Source: Lama glama (Eukaryota). Taken from it: a stretch of 64,000 nucleotides of DNA. Under the pieces are notes generated by a model. That model was not told the origin of the DNA and ran no database searches. It was given only the letters and a program-made list of their open reading frames with translations. Below, in pieces: positions 55,761 through 64,000 of this stretch; position 1 is the first letter of the stretch, and every line of letters starts with the position of its first letter. Position numbers and translations under genes: made by a program. The stretch is from contig CM052817.1 of assembly GCA_028534125.1 (NCBI GenBank), positions 107,634,001 to 107,698,000 of the forward strand. Reading direction: 5' to 3'.

Positions 55761-58419
55761 TAAGTTTTACGATGTAGTGACAGAGGCAGGACATCACATT
55801 TATGCTGAGTAAGCAGTGAGGTTTTGAGGAAACTCACATCCTGTGTCTGATCGATGGGGCCCTGAAAGGGAACCAGGGAACGGGGGCCCTGAGAAGGGAA
55901 ATGAACCCAAGACAGATCATCACCGACTCACACCACCTGCAGAGCTCCCGCTGCATCTCACGTCCGCCGTGTGGCTTGGCTCTCACTGTGACAACCTACG
56001 TGGGCGTAGTGGGAAGCCCACAGGGGTCTCTGAAATAGAAAGTGCAGGGATAAGCAAGTGGCAAAAGCTCTGTCACCAGGACCCAGGACAGAGGAGTCAC
56101 AGATTGCAGATACTGACGTGCAGGATGTCCAACGGCGGAATAAACTCAAGTGACTTTATCAACACGTAGAAAGTCACAGCCAATCGGCTGAGTAGAACAG
56201 AGTGTCGAAGGCCAATGAATGGCTATTTATTCAAATAGGGGGCTTTCTGAGCGCTTGACAATCCTTCCATAGACGTAGATTATGGGAAAAAGGTATCCTG
56301 AGCTTACACATATTTGGAAACCAAGGGACTAAGACACTTAAGAGTGGCAGAAACCTCACTGTAGAGTCTGAGCTGTTTGCCCCCAGCCACGGAGTCTGCG
56401 GCTGGATTTCAGGCTTCCCCTCGTAACTACCCTTCCTGGTCTCCCTTGGGCAAAAATCAGCGCCACTAGAAGAGGGGGTGGGTCTGAGACTTGAAGATAG
56501 AAGATGCTCTAGTGTAACAGTCGGCCAGCTTTGCGAAGCTGAGTGACGGCTGGGAGCGCAGGGGCGAGTCTGAAATTGACGGGAGAACCCAGGTCCTCCA
56601 AGTCTGGTCATTTTTCTGCGGAACGTCATTGTTCCTGCTGTTACTATTACTCTTTTTACTAAACCTCTGAAGCCTATTTCAACAGTTCTTCCCAGCACCA
56701 TGAGTTAGGGAGCGTGGATTTTATGTACTGTCAACACTAGAGAGGATGCATTTCGTGAGCCCCCATTCCATGCATCTTGGCCGTGTCTTTCCCTGTTAAT
56801 ACCCACTCCTCGCACCTCTTTGTGGACTGAAGGTAGAGTGTATAGCAGATTCTCTTCTCTCTGTGTCTAAACTAAGAAGATTGTAGGTGTGGGGAAATTT
56901 ACACCCCAGAGACATCACTTCCTGGGTTGATATTACAGTGTCTTAAATCCCGGAATTTCCTTTTAGAATTAAGAGTGCCTGGAGACCCTACCTATCCCAT
57001 ACATTCATAAAAATATGAATAATATTTTACTTATGCTTTCAAAGAGGATTTAACTTTAAATGCATTATGAGGAGTAATGAGCTTCAAGTGAAATCTTCTT
57101 TGAATAAGTAATTTACACCTTCCAAAGCAAAAATGAAGACTTGGCTAACCCAGATTTATGCCTGGAATATTTCTGCGAATCCGGGTAATGCAAAAGCAAG
57201 TAATTTTTTTTTCCTTTATGAGAAGAATTTGTCACGAAAGAGATCCATGGTTTTAATGGTCTCATCTCATCATTCTGCCACAGCTAAATTGGTTCAAGGG
57301 CCATAGAACTTATAAATCACGGATTATGAATACTTCATAGAGCAAAGGTGCTTGCTTAATTAATACTGTGGTCACTAAATTATATAGCACATGTCTTCAG
57401 GGAGCTTGGAGCATCTGATTAGCATTCTTTAACCCCACACTGACTCAGGCCCATTAAGCACGTCCAGCTCTGCGGCCTCTGGTCTGTCTCCAGCATCAGC
57501 GATGCTGGAACACGTGGACAGCTTGTTCTCATGGCCCTCGGCGCCGTCCCTGGCCTGCTCCACTGAAATTTGTAAAAGGTGCTTGGAGGCCAGAAACTTC
57601 TAGCAAACTGTGCTCTTGAAGCATGTTCTCTTTTAGTGTTTTAGGGACAACTGAGTTTACTTTGAAGATGACTATTAAATCCCAATATTTCTATGGTGCT
57701 TTCAGCAGCATTTTCATGAAAGCTGGGAGAGAGACCAAACTGGAGATGCAGCAAACCATTGCTTATAATTTTGGATCAGAAATGTTACTAAGTCCTTCAG
57801 AGAATGCAGGAGCTAGGCCCCTGGCTTTATTTATTAATTTTTTTTCCTTAATGAAGAACAGAAAGCACAATGCACTCTCTTTAGCTCTTTCAGCAAGGAG
57901 TCTTCTAAACTGATCTCAGGTTTTCCAGGAGAGATGCTTCATTGTGGAATGCCCTGGCTCTCCAACCTGACTTCTGCTGAATTTATTTGCAAGCAATTTA
58001 GTATTCTAGTTCAATGGAACGTTCCCAGATTCTTAGAATTCCTGAAGGATCATCCGAATCAAAGGCAATTCTTTATTTAATTGGGCATTTCGGAATGATT
58101 TCTTTCTCTAGACTACATGCATTTTGGGTGATTTCACATCAAATCCAGTCATGCAACTTCTACTCAGGAAGAGAACTTTACTGACATTGTCAGCATCTTG
58201 CTTCTATGTTTTCTTGCATAAAACTGTGCGTTGACACTTCGGAGGGTATGTTCTGCTTGACAGATTACAGTGGTTTCTCTGAGGGAGATGGAGCTTGCAA
58301 ACTGAGGAAAGCATTTTTGCCAGGTTCTCCAAATTCTTTCTAATTCTGTGCCTCTCTTTGCCTACATAGAACGGCCTTAAGTAAGATGTTAGTATGTCAA
58401 GTTCTCAACGGTGTAGAAG

Positions 58420-58480
58420 AGTCAATTCCTCTGTACACCGGAAATTGACACAACACTGCAAACTGACTATACGCCAATAA
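58420..58480 (+). mobile_element. Very short L1 3' terminus
   Basis: ctgtacaccggaaattgacacaacactgcaaactgactatac...aataa. Confidence 0.7.
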
Positions 58481-58604
58481 CCTATTCTTCTAGCACATAA
58501 TTATTAAAGAGGTGTCAGCTTGACAGTGACAAAAGTGACTGGATTCTCAAGGCGCTACCTGATCGTGTGTTTAGGGCCAGACTGAATGACTACGGATGAA
58601 ATAA

Positions 58605-58829
<225 letters not shown>

Positions 58830-61160
58830 CAGAACATTCTCCCGGCCAGGGGACAGGCTGTCATGTGTGCCTTTCCGTTTTTTGGTTTTGAGTCAAGTCC
58901 ACAGACCTCAAGCCTTTTTCAGAACGAGGCCATGGCCATGAATGCATGGAATCAATGAATCGAATCAAGGGTACATGGTGAGTGTGAACACTTGAAGCCA
59001 ACTCGAGAAGCTCTGGAAACCCATACGGATAAAAAGATACTCCTTTATGTTTTCCTTTAACATCACTGCGCGGGAGTCTCAGCGTCTGAGTGGCTGCACT
59101 GGCTGTCCCGTGATAAAGCACTGGTCACGTTGTATAACAGGACAGCGTAAACCCGAGGTAGGGACTCCTTCAACAGAGCGGATCTGATGCCACTTTGATT
59201 GGTCTGACCAAATGCCCATGGGAACCGTTCTGGACATTTTTCTGTTGCTGATTGTTACAACAGGGCAGTCCCGAGGCTTCCCAGAGACAGCTCTACGGTG
59301 GAGAACCGGGGCCATGATCCGCAGAAACATCGGAGCACGCGATAACTTGAGGTAGAAATGGTGGTCTATTTGTAAACCCCCCAGCGTATATTCTATTGGA
59401 CCTACAGATGGCCAGCCAGCTCTGTGATCCTGAGCAGCAAGCATCATTTTCCATTCCTTCCTAGGCGTGCCCTTTCTTGTCGCTATGGAAATCATCCACA
59501 CCTGACAACTTACACGTTAGGTGTAGTTTTACTCTCTCACTGTTGGTCCAGCTTATGTCCAATGGCTTAGAAATTAATTGCTTTTCAGGTATAAAGTTAC
59601 CTATGTGAAACTGCACTTTGCGGATCTCTTTTTTAAAGTGGATACTGTTTTAAAATTTTTTGTCATTTTTACCAAAGATGTACCATACTTTCTGTATATT
59701 TTATTAATAATAGTGGATTTCTTCAAATTTGTTCCATATAATTGTATTTAATTGATGTCATCCAGGATCAGATATGGAGTGTGTTTCAATATATTGTTTG
59801 GCTTGTTCTCATGTGGATAATATGAACAAGCTAAATTAAAGCCCAGCCCCGATCAGTTCTCCTCAGTGAAAGCTCATGGCTAGAACTAAAGCAGCAAATC
59901 AGAGGGCAGTAAGCCTCAAAAATTCTCCTTGGGCTTGACCAACTTTTTAATGTGGTGGGAGGCCGTGGACACAGAGCAGGTCACCTGCTGAGCCTTCGTG
60001 TCCTTGGAGATCCCCTGTCATCAGACAAGATGGATGTTCATATGGAGGTTCCAAACCTTGAACAAATCATGATTACCCTCCCACCACCTCCCACTCCCTA
60101 CCCCTTATTTAAAAGCTAACATACTGATTTCTCCTTTCTCTGAAAGCTTAAAAATAGAACTTAAGAATGTTTCTAATACAGGCTATCCTCTATTTTCTCA
60201 GTTCCACATGTTTTTGCTAGACTACGCCCCCTTTTCTGTGTTCTGATCAAGGGTAACTCAATGTCACCGTAAATTAGAACTATTCAACACGTTACGACGA
60301 CAAATGCTAGGTGTTTTTTTAAAAAGAGCATATCTATAGATTTTAATTTATACAAATGTATGGGAGCAAAATGTCAAACTAATATGTTGAGTACCAGAGA
60401 AGGTGGACCAAGGGACAGGGAATGTTAGATCATCTAATTATAACTGTTTGGGTCCTGCATTCAGGTCTGACTTTCAGCATCCTCACTTGCCGGCTGACTC
60501 TTGGAGAGCTGGTCTCCAGACCATTCTCTCTTTGACATTCCCTTGTGAAATATTTGCATTTTACTATGCTTTTTATGGACTAGACCATCCTACGCAAATT
60601 TGTGACGCTGGCACTGGGAATCCCAGGTTCCTCAGAAGTGGCTTTAATTTTACACCTCATACTCCACGGCTTCTGGGCAGCTAGGTCCTTCTGCTGGGGG
60701 TCTGGTGGTTTGTCTGCCTCCAGTTATTCTGAAATGCTGAATGTTGAACGCAAGGCCCAGGAACACGTGTTTGTTTTGGTCACCTTTGCTTTTTAACAGT
60801 GCTTTTTGTTTTAGACTCAGTGAATAATTCAGGCTGTATTAGTTTCGGATGATCGGTAGCTGGAGGCCAGGGTTTTCGTCCTAATGATTAATATTCTCTT
60901 CTCTCACTGAAAACAGTGGGGATGCTCTGTGCCTTTCGGATGCAGTCCAACGATGCTGCGGTTTGGTTCACAGAAGCACATGATGTGGCTTATTTATAAC
61001 TTGAGAAACTTAAGATAGAGCAGTTTACCTTGGCAGACATACAAAAGCTTATTCTTGTGCGATTAATTATTTTTAAGCTGATGTTATGAAAATAAGTATG
61101 CATCTGAAAAATCTGTAATAAAAATATTGGAAATTAAAAACTCACGCCTTTTATTTTGTA
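58830..61160 (+). other. GASK1B: GASK1B 3' UTR to the first strong poly(A) site
   Basis: Follows the stop codon, has no obvious repeats, includes AU-rich stretches and ends near the AATAAA/ATTAAA pair. Confidence 0.6.
61117..61138 (+). terminator. Polyadenylation signal(s)
   Basis: AATAAA at 61117-61122 and ATTAAA at 61133-61138, followed by U/GU-rich sequence (ttttattttgt...ttttttggt). Further AATAAA at 61601 and 62199. Confidence 0.6.
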
Positions 61161-63394
61161 GACTTTTTTTGGTAGATGGGTTGCTTTTCAGAAGTTATGT
61201 TTAGGGGAGCGTTGGCTCCCTTTATCCATGAGAAAAGAAACCATTGCATCATTTAGAGTCGCACCGGGTTGTTTCTGTGTTTGCGTATGTTTGATTGCGT
61301 TAATAGCGACATGACACCTTCTCTTGGTGTACGTATAGCGTTGTTTTAGGTGGTGTGCAAATTAGTTCATAGCTGTCACTAATTTGGTGTTTTCTCTGCT
61401 TGGGGTGAGTTTTACCATCATATTTAAAATTTTCTTTATAACATTCATATTTATTAAGCTCATCAGGCACCTGGGGAACTTACTGAAATACAAAATGTCT
61501 CAGACTCATGCTCAAAATATTTATAATCTCTGAACTTGTGTGACAGCTTGTTTATACCATTGGACTTCTAAATATACATGAAAGTATATTATACCTAGTG
61601 AATAAAATAACCTACATGGAGATTCATCTACACATTGTCTTATAAATTCTGATGTTTATCTCAGCACAGAACAAGCTGGGCACATTTAGGGAACAAGCCT
61701 GAAAATGTGCTATGGGAACTGTACATGGGTCAGATAAAGATGATGGAGACCTGTCTCTAAAAACTGCATAATGTCATCAAGAACGAAAGATTCATATATG
61801 AAAGACAATGCAGCTTGTCAGAAGAGAATTCCAAGTGTCCTTCCAGTGCGATGCTCGGCCTGGTTTTGTATTGAACGGGCTGTTTAGTCAAGCTGTAGGT
61901 CAGAGGTTAACTTGAAAATTTTTATCCCTGGGAAATGCAAATAATTTCTGTCTGGTGGAAAAGCCAGCCCTAATGGTTTTACAGTTTATTACCTTGTTGG
62001 ACATTAACCAGTCTTTACATCTAGTCCAACAACCTCATCCGAACATTGCCTATAAACATTCAGGTTTTGAAATACACTTGGAAATGCTTTTGCCATCTTA
62101 CTGGTTCCTGCGTTAGTTAATTACTTGACTAAAATTTTGACATGTTCATTTTACATTTGCTAAAAGTTGCAGTTTTACCTTTAAGAAAATTTTACTTTAA
62201 TAAACTTTTGACTGCAGGGTCATAGAATTTCCTCTGCTTGACTGTCCTGATTTTACAATTTTGAAACTGTTACTTTCAAGGACTCTCAAAACAGTTACAT
62301 AATTTTAAGTACTGAATGTTACCGGTTGATCAACATCTTAAGTTTAGTTTCATCTACTTCTTTAACTTATTAAAAATTATTAGTTGAATTTCAACTTGAA
62401 AGGTCTCTGACTCAGAAGGTTTGCTGGTAGGCTGTTTTGCAACCTCGAAACACACATGGTGGGTGAATGAAGTTGTCACAGAAATCTTTTCTCCCACCAT
62501 CAATGCCTACGGTTAAATTAGTGCAGCATTTTTTTTTTATCTTAGAAAAGGACCTGTTTATCCTCATGTTTCCAAAGTGCATTTTATTTGTTGATAAAAA
62601 TATGCATAATTTTGTACACAGTAAGAAATCTCTATGCATCTTCTTTCCAAAAATGTAATCTGTATTTCTGAGCAATGCTTGTCAAGATTTCTAAAGTTTT
62701 TGAGACAAAGAGCTAAAAAAAAAAAAAAAGTAAAGAAAACTTCGCTTGTCGGTGGCTTTAATCACATACTGCAAAATGGCTAGCTAGCTGTGCTATATTT
62801 CAAAAGGCAAACTGGGCTGCAGGGAGTGGGCCCAGTCGCTAAATGAGACAGAAACAGCTGTGATTTTGCAAGACGGGCCAACATTTTCTTTAGCTCCAGG
62901 ACAACAGACATTATCTGGCTCATAAAGTTCTCTATGTTGTTGGCTCCATTTCTGTTTAGGAGAACAAGGGTTCTTGTTCCATATCCTCGTTTCAGGCCCT
63001 CAGGAGTATTAAAAATTGAGGTCAATGTTATTTTTTTCTTAACCTCAGAGTACTTAAAAAAAAAAAGAACTATGATTCAGAAGTCCTCTGTAACTTTGTG
63101 AGAATACGTTAGGACTAAGCTTGCAAATATCACGTCTTCCCTAGGAGAACTCTGAAATAATTTGCAGCATCTCCCAGGAGAGTCAACCTTCTCTCTCAAT
63201 CCGGTAGCAAGTGACAGTTATAGGACCGTCCCAAGAGTTTTGGTGACAATTGTGGCAGTGCCATTTGCTGCTAGTGATGTGTCATTTCCTTTTTCTTACT
63301 TTATTGTTTGTTGCAAATAGAGATAAAATGCATTGAAAGAGGAGTGACCCAGAGTAGCAAGCGCCTAATTAAGGACATAGGTTACTAATTGAAT

Positions 63395-63523
63395 CTTGAC
63401 TTGAGCTCCAGGCTGCCTACAAGTTGCCAGTAGTAACACACCTTCAAGTTGGGACAACCGAAAATGCCTCCACGTATTGTAAACTTGCCCGAGAGACAGA
63501 GTCATCCCTGGTTCAGGTCCATT
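63395..63523. mobile_element. MER20-like hAT fossil end
   Basis: agttgggacaaccgaaaatgcctccacgtattgtaaa...cctggttcaggtccattg. Confidence 0.65.
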
Positions 63524-64000
63524 GGTAGCAAGTCACCCATAATGGGGGAAATCCTTGAATTTTCTGTTGTCTTCTCACATGCAGTTGATGAAGATTTTTC
63601 TCTGTCCAATTCCTCATGTTAGAATGCACTGCTGCATTTTATGGCATCAGTCAAAAGTCCCGAGAGGTTGGTTGATTTGGGGACAGGGGTCTGTGCCTGA
63701 GCAAAGGGACATTCTGGAGGGCTGGCACTTCCAGTCACCAGTCCCTGGACAGGGGCCACCTGGAAAGCGGAAGCTACCTGGAAAATCACACTGGGACCTA
63801 CAGTGGACGGTGAAAGCTAGAAATGGCGGCTCTGGTTACATCTGAGGCAAATATAACCTACGTCTGTTAAATGTCCATCCAATACCCCTCTTCTCCTGGG
63901 GACCAGCCCCCAACCCCGACCTCACATCACCTCTGCCTGAGCCTCCCAGTGGTAGCTGGGAGACTCAGTGATGCACATGTGACCTCACTGGGCAAAGCCC

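Noticed and set aside
59079..59501. 140-aa antisense ORF in the 3' UTR
   Set aside because: Non-ATG start, no recognisable domain and no splice support.

Overview
Mammalian genomic DNA, not prokaryotic. It is most likely camelid (alpaca/camel), judged from tRNA-Ala-derived Vic-1-type SINEs and Cetartiodactyla-type L1 3' ends. The window holds one complete protein-coding gene on the + strand, GASK1B (FAM198B), a Golgi/secretory-pathway FAM20-like kinase-family protein. Its four coding exons (14330-15230, 32418-32632, 55533-55759, 58622-58829) join in phase to 1551 nt = 516 aa + stop. Upstream are a CCAAT/CCAAT/TATA promoter near 12.6-12.7 kb and candidate non-coding 5' exons; downstream is a 3' UTR of about 2.3 kb or more. 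The rest is intron and flank with L1, SINE, MIR, L2, MaLR/ERV1 solo LTRs, DNA transposon fossils, microsatellites and two N gaps. I found no convincing new multi-gene system. The most interesting signals are: a tailless retrocopy of a tRNA-Cys(GCA) 5' half with a 12-bp target-site duplication; two upstream ORFs that overlap the GASK1B start; a strong unexplained splice acceptor with tandem NAGs 120 nt after the first coding exon; a twin-primed (5'-inverted) L1 insertion; an Asn at the apparent catalytic-base position; and palindromic RFX X-boxes. Repeat family names are from recognition by eye, and their boundaries are approximate.
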